From Hormiphora californensis (Eukaryota; Animalia; Ctenophora), in contig CM035356.1 in the NCBI GenBank assembly GCA_020137815.1, positions 6,200,001-6,264,000 of the forward strand: a DNA stretch of 64,000 nucleotides. The letters run 5' to 3'. Positions 11,649 to 31,583 of this stretch are shown piece after piece. Position numbers and translations under genes: made by a program. Position 1 is the stretch's first letter. Each line of letters starts with the position of its first letter. The notes under the pieces are model-generated. The model ran no database searches. It was not told the origin of the DNA and saw nothing but the letters and a program-made list of their open reading frames with translations.

Positions 11649-13543
11649 AGTGGGGGGCGTGGGCTATACCCTTACGCGCGGGGTACACCTGTGCTTCGTC
11701 ATCTCTTCCTCTCTTCCTTTGTCTGGTTTCCCGCGTCTTTTGTACACCGGCTCCCACTCCTCCCTTCCTCAACCCTTATTTCCTGCCCTACTTCTTCTCG
11801 CCTGCTGACTCCAACCCTTTCCACCCCCTCCCTGGAGCCCTCCGACAGTCCCTTCCTGCTCTCCGTCTCTACCGCCCTGTCAGACCTCCTCCTCATACTC
11901 CTCGTTCCAGCTCTCCTCTGATACCCTCTGTTCTAGGCTACCGTCCCTTTGATTCAGGTCACCGCCTCCACTTCTTCTCGACTGCTGACTCCAACCCTTT
12001 CCACCCCTTCCCTCTCTACCGCTCTGTCAGACCTCCTCGTATTCCTCGTTCCAGCTCTCCTCTGATACCCTCTGTTCCAGGCTACCGTCCCTCTGATCCA
12101 GGTCATCGCCTCCTCTGCTCACTGGGTGCTCCCCCTCTCCTTCCTCACCTCCATCTCTGGCCCTCCTTCATCGTTTCCAGCCCTCACCACCCTTTTTCCT
12201 GTCCGTGGTTTCCATCTACTTCCTCTCTCTGAGTTGCATCTCTCCGTCAGTCCCCTGTCCCCGACAGCCTGGCTCCACCGACTCTCCGCTTCCTTCTCGT
12301 CGTCTCCACCGCTGGTCTGGACTCCTCCATCTCCCTCCTCGTTCCAGCCCCCCCCCCCCCCTTTTTGATCCGGATCATCGTCTCGCCTCTTGCTCTTCTG
12401 GTACTCTCACCTTTTCCATTCCTCACCTCTGGCCCTCCTTCATCTCACCCTTTTCTCCAGACCTCGCTGCCCTTTCCCAGGAACCCATCCCTAGCTGCTC
12501 TCAGTGCTCTTCGTCAGCCTCAGTCCTCCTTACCTCCGGTCCCCCGCTTCCCGCACGTTGTCTTACTACCTCTATTCCCTTCTTCCTTTCCCCCTGTTTA
12601 AGTGCTCCCTCTCCACCTCACTGCTGTTCACCTCTCTCTTAGCATCGTGTTTCTCTCTCTCACCCTTCCACCCGGTCATTCCCACTCCCTTAACCACACT
12701 GTTCTCTTCTCCACTTACCACCAACTCTATCACTATGCACCCCCCCATACGTTTAAGTTTAAGTTTAAACTTTAAGTTTAATCACTATTTATCACAAAGT
12801 CAATATAAAAATATTAAAACCTTGTCCCGCTCTTACACCAAACATATTTAATATAAATAGATATAAAAAATAAGCTACAAGGCTGATGTGAAAGCACCAG
12901 CGGTTACCTAAAGCGGGTTAAGCTAGTTCACGATACAATGAGGCAGATAACATCAGCATAAACTGCACAATTAAATAACTGAGATACAACGGCTTTTGAA
13001 AAAGTGCACAAACAAACCAACACAGCCCGCAGACAAACAAAACGAACAAACAAACAACCAAACAAATAAATAAGCAAACAAACAAACAAATAAGTTAACA
13101 CTAAACAGACAGGCAAACAAGAAAGTTAACAAACAAGCATACATACAAACAAACAAACAAAAGAACAGTCAAATAAATAAATAAATAAACAAACAGGTAC
13201 AAGTGAACATCAAAATAATAACAACAGACATAATATCAGATGAGACACACACGGTTAATAGGTAATAATAGAGTTCAGCATCACGAATAGTTTATTGTCC
13301 ATACATGGCATAGTTTTTTATCGGTAAAAACGTTAAAACGGTATGTATGGATCTTCTTGATACCTTGATCCCTTCTCCCTCCCCCATCTCCCTCCCCACT
13401 TCTCCAGATTTCCTCTTTTTTTAACTATATTTATTTTTTGAGTGTGTTTTTAAATTATTAATTAAATTATTATTGTATTTTCTTGGGTCGGGTAACACCG
13501 ACCTGAATCATTTTTAAAACTTGTCTAAAAACTTGTCTAAAAA
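10240..13543 (+). mobile_element. LINE copy: truncated ORF2, pyrimidine-rich 3' UTR interrupted at 12751-13360, 3' stem-loop and tandem tail
   Basis: Hairpin GGTCGG-GTAACA-CCGACC at ~13486-13503 followed by a (AAAACTTGTCT)n tail to 13543. Confidence 0.55.
12751..13360 (-). mobile_element. 3' end of a LINE/SINE with (TAAACT)n tail, related to the 13544-14190 segment
   Basis: GTTTAAGTTTAAG tail; shares TTTATCACAAAGTCA, GTCCCGCTCTTACACCA and CAGCGGTT.CCTAAAGCGG with 13544-13705. Confidence 0.65.
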
Positions 13544-14022
13544 GTTTAAGTTTAAGTTTAAGTTTAAGTTTACGCACAATTTATCACAAAGTCACACAAT
13601 TAATATATAACTTCGTCCCGCTCTTACACCATACACTAATAAAGTGATACAAGGCTGAGAGGTGAAAATATACAGTTCACATCAGCGGTTTCCTAAAGCG
13701 GTTTAAACAATACTTAGAGACAGTGATACACATCCTAGTAGCATTAGATGCACAAAATACGAGGAACAAGGGGTTATAGAAAACAAGGTAACGAACTAAC
13801 AAAACAAGCAGACAAACATAAAAACAGATTAAACAGAATACACAAAGTCACAGACGCAAAACACAACATCAGCAGTCAATACAAAACGGTTAATACAAAA
13901 ACATACTAACACACGTACAAACACATTCACAGACAAACAGACAATCACAAACACATACACACAGATTCGGTAATAAATAAATAATAAATTAGCTGTCCTT
14001 CAAACACACACTCACTGAAGAG

Positions 14023-14163
14023 TCCTTGACAAGTTTTTTATCGAGAAAAACGTATTGAGAAAAACGGTATCCTTGACAAGTTTTTTATCGAGAAAAACGT
14101 ATTGAGAAAAAACGGTATCCTTGACAAGTTTTTTATCGAGAAAAACGTATTGAGAAAAACGGT
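14023..14163. repeat. 3x ~46-bp tandem repeat
   Basis: CCTTGACAAGTTTTTTATCGAGAAAAACGTATTGAGAAAAACGGT repeated three times. Confidence 0.85.
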
Positions 14164-14543
14164 GTGTATGGTCTTCTTTCTTCATTCTTCGGCATAAAAC
14201 TCAGCCAGTCTGGAACCTCAGCTACTCAAACTCTGCTAAACAACTCAGAGGCCAGAAAATGTTAACAATTTACACAAAATGCACACTTGAAAATATTAAC
14301 TCATTGACTCAGTCATAGGTGGTCCCTCTACTAAGTCTCAGGTAGATGTAGGAAGGAATGGTGTAGAAAGTAGGAAGGGATGTAGGAAGGAATATAGGAA
14401 GGAATGGTGCAGAGTAGAGACAGTAGGTCAGGTGGGATGTAAGGAAGCTGGAGAGAGGGTCTGGAAGAAGAGACAGCACCTAGGACACGGGAAACCCAGG
14501 AACGAACCAGGTAAGGACAGGGAGGCAGACTATTTAGTTCCAT

Positions 14544-15236
14544 GGGGGGGATCCCATGGTATACTTTGGTATACTTTGGTATACTTTGGTATATGGAAAA
14601 TCCCAAAAAAATATGTGGAAAGTACCAAAGTATACCAAAGTATACCATATCTTTTTAATAACTTTAAAGTACTTTAAAGTGTTAATTTACAACAGTTAAG
14701 GCTTTAAAACATTTTATATAAGCTTTCTTGACTCATAAAATTGGACAATGGTGCTAAATAGGCTAAATTCATAGAATCGAGGGAAAATATTACCTATAAA
14801 ATGGTGAGTCAGAAAACTGGGGTTTGACAAATTGGGACCCATTTGAGTATGATAAAAAAACTTTTAAAAAGTCAAGAAAATGTTCAAATAGTATTTGGTA
14901 AAGTCTCCAAAAATTTTTCAAAAATTGCCTTCACCGGGAATCGAACCCGAGTGGCAAGCCTAGAAGCACTAGCCGGATGATGTAACAAAAACGTAAAAAT
15001 CGGTTTAATAAGCGTTATATTACCAACTTATAAAGAAATAAGGATGTAGTTTTACAAATTTAGTCATTTATGTTAACTTATCGCTTAAATTTTACCTTTT
15101 TCAAAATTTTTATGGTATACTTTGGTATACCTTGGTATACTTTGGTATACTTTGGTATACTTTGGTATATGGAAAATCGCTGAAAAAGTCGTGGAAAGTG
15201 CCAAAGTATACCAAAGTATGCCATGGGATCCCCCCC
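14544..15236. mobile_element. Non-autonomous DNA transposon with TIR GGGGGGGATCCCATGG and (GTATACTTTG)n subterminal repeats, 8-bp TSD
   Basis: TSD AGTTCCAT at 14536-14543 and 15237-15244; inverted ends; contains a tRNA-like T-arm on the minus strand. Confidence 0.85.
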
Positions 15237-15965
15237 AGTTCCATGGAACTGCAGGAAGAAATGATGTAGGATTGAGAAAGCAGGTCATAGGTGGGATATA
15301 GGGGAGCTGGAGTGTGGGTCTGGAAATAGGGCGTGGTGGCAATGGTAGCGAGAGACAGCAGACAGGACACGAGAACCTAGGTACGAACCAGGTAAGGACA
15401 GGGAGTTAGACTATTTAGTTCCAGGAAGAAATGATATAGGATTGTGTCAGCAGGTCATAGGTGGGATATAAGGGAGCTGGAGTGTGGGTCTGGAAGTAGG
15501 GCGTGATGGCAGTGATCGCGAGAGACAGCAGACAGGACACGAGAGCCCAGGAGCGAACCATGTAAGGACAGGGAGGCAGACTATTTAGTTCCAGGAAGGA
15601 ATGATGTAGGATTTAGACAGCAGGTCATAGGTGGGATATAAGGGAGCTGGAGTGTGGGTCTGGAAGTAGGGTAGTGGTGGCAGTGATAGCGAGAGACAGC
15701 AGACAGGACACGGGAACCCAGGAACGAACCAGGTAAGGCCAAGGGAGGGATCTATTTCCCAAAAGTTGTGAAACAGGATCAGATTTAGAACCGCATGCAA
15801 GGAATATTATAGGCAGGGAATAATGAGGCGTTTATGTGCGGAGCTGGAGCCTGGGGGAAAACAACAGATTTACTGTGAAGTTAACTGGACTGGGTGCCCA
15901 GGAAATGATGCAGGTAGAATTGTGCCGGGAAGATGGTGCGGTACTGATATAATGCCGAGTGAGGT

Positions 15966-16610
15966 TTATTCAGGTCCATAAGCCAAAGTAAACATATGGG
16001 TTGTCAAGGCCTTTTTAAACATCGGCAAGGTTTCTGTGGTTCGAATTTCTTTAGGTAGGCGATTCCAGATCCTCGGAGCAGCTATACTAAAAGCTCTCTC
16101 AGTGGTTTTGTAGTTGTAGTTACTGTGTACCTCTTCCAGTCTTGTCGTGTCACAATCGACTCTTAAACTCATCGGTTTTTGTTTCCGTCTTTGTAGCATT
16201 TCTGATATGTATCCAGGCGTCCCATTATTCAGGGATTTGTATACCATCATACAGATCTTATATTCTATTCTGTGTCTAACAGGTAGGAAGTGGGATTTTT
16301 TCCGTAGATCTGTTACACCACGTCTGCTACGTTTACCATGGACAAAGCGAGTGGCAGAGTTCTGTAGCTTCTGAAGACGCTTCACATCCTTGTCTTTGAG
16401 ACCTATCAGTAGAGCGCTACAATAATCAATCTTTGAGTGTATCAGTGAGTTCACAAGTTGGGTCTTTTGCTTTTTGTTCAGTTTGCCTGCAATTCTCCAC
16501 ATGTTGACGAGTTGGTAGTTGCACGACTGAACAACTCTGGAGACGTGCTGGGACATCGTGAGTTCGCTATCGACCATGACGCCGAGATTCTTAGCAACTT
16601 GTGTAAAGTT
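15966..16610 (-). CDS. L2-clade ORF2 C-terminal fragment
   Basis: AKNLGVMVDSELTM, LIHSKIDYCSALL, LQKLQNSATR, HFLPVRHRIEYK and RAFSIAAPRIWNRLP are typical L2 RT-thumb/C-terminal motifs. Confidence 0.9.
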   Translation of the reverse strand, partial: NFTQVAKNLGVMVDSELTMSQHVSRVVQSCNYQLVNMWRIAGKLNKKQKTQLVNSLIHSKIDYCSALLIGLKDKDVKRLQKLQNSATRFVHGKRSRRGVTDLRKKSHFLPVRHRIEYKICMMVYKSLNNGTPGYISEMLQRRKQKPMSLRVDCDTTRLEEVHSNYNYKTTERAFSIAAPRIWNRLPKEIRTTETLPMFKKALTTHMFTLAYGPE

Positions 16611-16732
16611 CTCAAATTAGAAACAGCAATCCGACACCGGGGTCTCAGATAATAAACCACACCACGATCGGTCACAGAGTGAACCTGCAAAGTGGTACAA
16701 CACCGAAGTGTCGAGAGTACCCTCGTATCCAT

Positions 16733-16773
16733 TTTCAAACTTTTCAACACTACTTTAAACAAATTAATTTGAG
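16733..16773 (+). other. Genomic copy of the ctenophore spliced-leader exon
   Basis: TTTCAAACTTTTCAACACTACTTTAAACAAATTAATTTGAG matches the ctenophore SL as I recall it. It is followed by AT rather than a GT donor, so this is not an SL RNA gene. Confidence 0.85.
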
Positions 16774-16820
16774 ATATGTCCTCAGGATGTTGAGACCGCC
16801 CGTAGGGGCAGGCAGAAGTT

Positions 16821-17879
16821 ATGACGGAGAAACTTAATACCTCTGATGCAGATGCCGATCCACTGGAATGCTGGGATTTGTCGATGATGGAAAAACTTCG
16901 TTGTGCAGTAGAGGACGTTTTTTATATCAAGAACGGGCTCAAACAACCAAGTGAACAACAGGTTGATGGAGTATTGTCCAAGTTATTGGATTCTAGTTTG
17001 TATGATGATCCTGAGCAGTATATTGAGGACGCACTGCCGAAAGACTCCGAAATGAAAAAGTATAATATTGATCGTTTCATGGCTTTCACCGAGAACCTCT
17101 CTCGTCATATTTTTCGGATAGTGAGAGAAATAGGACCAGTTATGAAGGAGAAACGTCTGTATGCAACTGCCCGAATGAAAGAACGCCTGGAACTAGTGGA
17201 GTGTAATCAGAAGCTCAAGGAGGTACAAGAAGAGCTTGGCACTTTTAAGGAAGAAATCGACAAACATCGGGTAGCAAGGATTGAACTGCAAGAGAAGCTG
17301 ATTGAAGCACAAAATACTTTGATTGAAGTACAAGGTCGGAAACTTAGTTCAGTGTCAGAGTCTGTTCAGAAGCATTTGCAGGGCTACTCCAAGGTGCTTG
17401 TACAGAATTGCTCTGCGGCTATTGCACCATCCCGCCTCCAAGCAGCATTGAAGAAAGCGACTGTACCCCATCCAAGTACAACCGCGGAAGAAGCAACTCT
17501 TGATCGCAAGTTGAATTTGGTTATATTTGGGCTGCCAGAAACTACGGCAAGGGCTACTGAGCATGAAGTTCAGGATATCTTTGGAGAGCTCAATGAAAAA
17601 CCAGTCATATCTTCTACAAAGCGTATTGGCGAAAAGACTGATAACCGACCGAGACCAGTAATTGTTACACTTGAAAGGAGGGAAACTTTGTTACAACTTC
17701 TAAGAAAAGCAAAACAGCTCCGAGATTCAGAGAAATTCTCCTCGGTGTTTCTCTCCCCCGACCTAACACCGGAGGAGCAGCGAGAGCGGAAAACTCTCGT
17801 TGATACAGTGAAAGGACTGAGGCGAGACAATCCGAATGGACGATACTGGGTTAGCAGGGGGGTAATTAAATGTGGCTGA
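16821..17879 (+). CDS. LINE ORF1p-like protein (coiled coil + RRM/CTD, L1TD1/CR1/L2 ORF1 type), 352 aa
   Basis: Heptad coiled coil, DRKLNLVIFGLPE, RIG..RPRPVIVTL and VFLSPDLTPEEQRERK; intact and intronless. Confidence 0.85.
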   Translation: MTEKLNTSDADADPLECWDLSMMEKLRCAVEDVFYIKNGLKQPSEQQVDGVLSKLLDSSLYDDPEQYIEDALPKDSEMKKYNIDRFMAFTENLSRHIFRIVREIGPVMKEKRLYATARMKERLELVECNQKLKEVQEELGTFKEEIDKHRVARIELQEKLIEAQNTLIEVQGRKLSSVSESVQKHLQGYSKVLVQNCSAAIAPSRLQAALKKATVPHPSTTAEEATLDRKLNLVIFGLPETTARATEHEVQDIFGELNEKPVISSTKRIGEKTDNRPRPVIVTLERRETLLQLLRKAKQLRDSEKFSSVFLSPDLTPEEQRERKTLVDTVKGLRRDNPNGRYWVSRGVIKCG

Positions 17880-18314
17880 CCTGCTACATGTAATTTGTAC
17901 TCTAAAGAGACTTCAAAAGGAACCTTATGACTATCAATTTAGCCCACAAAAAGGGGCAGTATATGTTGTATTTTATCCAATATATACATTTTAGATTTAA
18001 TAAATAAAAATAAATCGTATCCATCATGGAACCCGGTATTGTCGGATTGCTGTTTGAAAGTTCTCAAATTGAAATTTGCGACCGACCCAGCTGCGCGTGC
18101 GCGGCGCGCTAGATTGCGACGCGCATTTGGGTAATGCAGCGTACAAATATTTCGAAACTTTCTCAAAAAAAAACTTTCTCAAAAAAATTTTAAAGGCGAC
18201 TTTTTAAAAAAAACAATTTAGTGAATTTCCAAAAAAACAACGGCCCGTATAACAATTCAAAGGCCCCCTGCATGAGACACCCAGGAACTTCACGAGAGGA
18301 CAGAAACAAATACC

Positions 18315-18512
18315 AGGAAAAACCCGGTAGCAGGCTGCAGGAAACACCCAGTAGCAGGAGACACCCAGGTCCCAGTAGCAGGAAACACCCAGTAGCAGGA
18401 GACACCCAGGTCCCAGTAGCAGGAAACACCCGGTAGCAGGAAACACCCAGGTCCCAGTAGCAGGAAACACCCGGTAGCAGGAAACACCCAGGTCCCAGTA
18501 GCAGGGGACACT
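18315..18512. repeat. Minisatellite of CAGGAAACACCC(AGGTCCC)AGTAG units
   Basis: About 9 alternating 17/24-bp units. Confidence 0.85.
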
Positions 18513-19184
18513 CCAGAGACGCTCGTATCTCGTATGAATACAGAATATCATGCGTCAGTATCGGTTTGTACAATGTACCCTAGCTATCAGCTTTGGATGG
18601 TGTTGTCTCGTGCTGTGGTTAGCTTCCTGTCAGTTTTCTGGGAGCCTGGAGGGGTTTGAACTTCTTACAAACATCAGACCGGAGGCCGTCTACTCCGCCT
18701 TTTGCATGGATGATGAATTGACGAATCTCTCCAAAAGATGGCTAGAACTATCTCTATTATCTTCACTCAAAGATCTGTTCTCCTTCCATTTTCCAGCTAT
18801 CAACATTCGACGACAATCACTTCATATCACCTCTCTACAGCGAGAACTGTTTTCCCTGCCTTGCAGTCTGCAGAAATGGATTACTTGAACCCCATGTGTA
18901 GCAACTATCATGGTCATCAACGATCTCTTTTTACAACCGGACACCCAACTTGCTGCACGTTGCACCTCTCCTCATATTATTAGTGAAATGTCCTGTATGG
19001 CGGCGCCATACCCCATTTGATTATCAAATCGAGTGTGCTCAGATGGGGTCGCGTCGCCAGACAGAACACAACCATTGAAGAGAGAAAGCTGCACCACACA
19101 TCCATGTGTGAATGTTGTCTTCTCAATCTAAAGACAATTCTATCTACTTGCCCTCACTCATATATTACTTTTCTCTAGAATACT

Positions 19185-20540
19185 ATGGACCGTGTGACAC
19201 ACCCGTGGGTCAGAGAACCTCCCTATTACCCCCGAGAAAACGCAGAATCAGCTGGACCAAGTGGGCACTACCCGTTCAAGCGACCAATTGACTTGAAAGT
19301 AAGATCAAATTATCTAGTATCAATTATATGGCTATTTTTTGAAAAGTAATCCCAACTATAATTCTGAAATTCTGAACTTGTTTAGAAAAATGAGACAGAG
19401 TGGACATTGAAACGATATGTTGGACTTCCCGTTGACTGTAGGCTGAGTGCACCAGTTCCCCGGACCAAAATTAACAGTAGCCAAGGCGCCGGTCTTGAAG
19501 GTAATATTCATTTTGAGCCTCCAGTGCCTACTCCCTAGTGCCTATAAGATTCTTGCCTTGCTCGACCCTGTTTCACCACACCCTGCACGGCAATTTAATG
19601 TAAAGGTTGTTTTTATGAGCAAGGCAATGTAAAGGAGGGTTAGAACATAACGAAATATCCCTTGCTTCAGTTGGTGATCATTGGCTTGGCCCTCTAGAAG
19701 ACAATCCTAGGAAGTTTAGTCGAACTGTGGAGGAGCCCCTAATGTATTCCAGTAAACCAGCCTCTCGATGCGAGGTTAGTAGTCCCCCATCCCCCTGTCC
19801 GGCGGTGCCAGACCTCGATTTGATTCTCAGATGGGATCCAGACAGCCATCCCTAACCATAACCGTTAGTAGTAGCAATTTAAGGTGCACATTTCACCATG
19901 TGAGTTGCGAGTTTGACAGTTGAGTATTTTTTGTTTCCCCCCATCAGGAGTGGTCGACGCTCCGTGCGATGTTACCCTCTCGAGGTGTCATCAGGCAGCA
20001 GAAACCTCCCAAATGGGGTGTTGGTCATGCCCTACCCCCTATAATTGGGGACGACAAAACAACATACAGCTTCTATAACAGCCCCATGACAGAGTAAGTT
20101 GTTGGGGAGCTCAGTTGGGTGAATGTCACCCGGCCGGAGGTGGTTGGCTTCATTCGGGTGACATGTTTTAGAAAAGGTTGAGATGGGACAATACAACCAC
20201 TTTGTGTTACTGTTACATCAATATTAAATTGTGATATCAATCTTTCTCGATATACCAATCTCTCTCTCGAATTTGATACACTAAACATTCCAGTTCCTCT
20301 AATGACTGCTTCACTAAGGGGTGGGAAATGCCGCAACATGCACGATATTGTCGAGCATACTTCAATAATATATACACAACTTATCCCTCATCATGTCTTT
20401 CTTTCTCTATCTTTGTATATATCCTTTCTCTTTGTATAATATCCTCTCTCCCGACCTATCTCTAGCTCTCTCCAAACAATTCCTTTTTCAGCTATGCGGA
20501 TGATATGCATTCGTGTAACAAGCTTTTCAAGATGTTTTAA
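19185..20540 (+). CDS. Uncharacterised 175-aa Pro-rich protein, 5 exons
   Basis: Exons 19185-19298, 19386-19500, 19671-19774, 19948-20093 and 20492-20540, all GT-AG and in phase: MDRVTHPWVREPPYY...EWSTLRAMLPSRG...NSPMTDYADDMHSCNKLFKMF*. Confidence 0.75.
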
Positions 20541-21695
20541 CTGCTGCAAGACCTACACAGAGGCACTTTTAAACACGGTCTACGAGATTTTACCAAGCCA
20601 GAGCAGAGAGAGACTGAGAGTGTAAAAAGAGGGACTGAGAGAGAGACAGATACGGAATTGGATGAATTATGAGTTGTAAACTTTGAAACTCTTTATCACA
20701 CACATACATATTCCTGATTATTGTATATCCAGGATAAGAGATCCTGTTGGCCAGGCAATGATTAAGACAGGCCCCTTTGAATCAATGAATGAGGGCACAG
20801 TCACACTGGTGAATGTTCGGCCAACGTCAGTCACACTTATTTCTGCGCGCGCTTGGAACGCGCAACGTCTCAGGTGAAGAAAGTGTGACTTTTCAGTATT
20901 CACCGTGACGGAAATTACAAAAGGGGCAAAAGACTGGTTCGGGAATCGGGTTCGCTCTCATTTTCCTGATTTGTTTTTTACAAATTAAAACGCCGTATTT
21001 TAATCCCGAACTCCTAAGCTTAATAACACAAAACAGACATAAACTGCCTTAGATCCAACGCTTTATAAGTTACTTGGTACACACGCGATGTTTTTTTTTG
21101 TAATAAATACCCCTGATCATGTAAAAAGGTTGAGCGAATGGATTCTGCAACAGATGTAAACCAGCCTTCTCTCTCTCACAATAATTTAAGGTAGAAATAA
21201 GTTAGATAAAGTGGTACAAATAGGACTCTAGCAATGTGCCTCAGTGATCACTCTGTGCACTATATGGCTAGTGACAGGGGGAGGCAAGACTCATCTAAAG
21301 AAGCTTGTTGAGAAATAAAAGGGGTTTAAAAACCGCTGTTGAGTTTGTATATCTCCATAAACTATTAATAATTTAAGATTCTAAGTTGTATAATATATCT
21401 CATTTTTGAACATAAACTGTATAAACTTTCCGATTATACAAGGGTCAAAGAAGAAGTCAACGAGCAAAGATATAATGAAGGATCCTCTCTTAAAAAGAGC
21501 TGCCCTTCACTTATAAGATAACGCAGTATGATTAATGATTATATTTAAGTTAAACAGTTTGACTAAAGCATAACTTTCCATTTCGTATTGCTTTAATACT
21601 ACTCAATCTACCTGTATCACACACCCTATAGTGTACAATATCTCTCACACACACAGACACACAGACCCATTGTCATTGTTCAGTAGTTTAGCAGA

Positions 21696-31583
<9,888 letters not shown>

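Larger units (their letters stand above)
13544..16610 (-). mobile_element. 5'-truncated L2-type LINE: RT C-terminus, 3' UTR with ~170-bp tandem units and (TAAACT)n tail
   Basis: ORF ends at 15966; tandem units at ~14410-14540 and 15250-15750; tail at 13544-13571. Joining the tail to this ORF is inferred. Confidence 0.6.
16733..18014 (+). mobile_element. Full-length retro-insertion of an SL-trans-spliced, ORF1-only RNA (HAL1-like non-autonomous retroelement or retrocopy)
   Basis: TSD TCGTATCCAT at 16723-16732 and 18015-18024; begins with the SL; intronless ORF; ends in AATAAATAAAAATAAA. Confidence 0.85.
16621..18055. mobile_element. Small TIR element (~143 bp when empty) that is the target of the SL retro-insertion
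   Basis: TIR AAACAGCAATCCGACA (16621) / TGTCGGATTGCTGTTT (to 18055); flanking 14-bp direct repeat AAAGTTCTCAAATT at 16605-16618 and 18057-18070. Confidence 0.7.

Noticed and set aside
14918-14990. Functional tRNA gene
   Set aside because: Only the T-arm is recognisable; no D-arm, anticodon or acceptor pairing.
16733-16800. SL RNA gene
   Set aside because: The SL exon is not followed by a GT donor and intron with an Sm site; it runs directly into mRNA-like sequence within a TSD.
15966-17879. Single LINE with a twin-priming 5' inversion joining ORF1(+) and ORF2(-)
   Set aside because: The ORF1 unit has its own TSD and A-rich 3' end and lies inside a separate TIR element.
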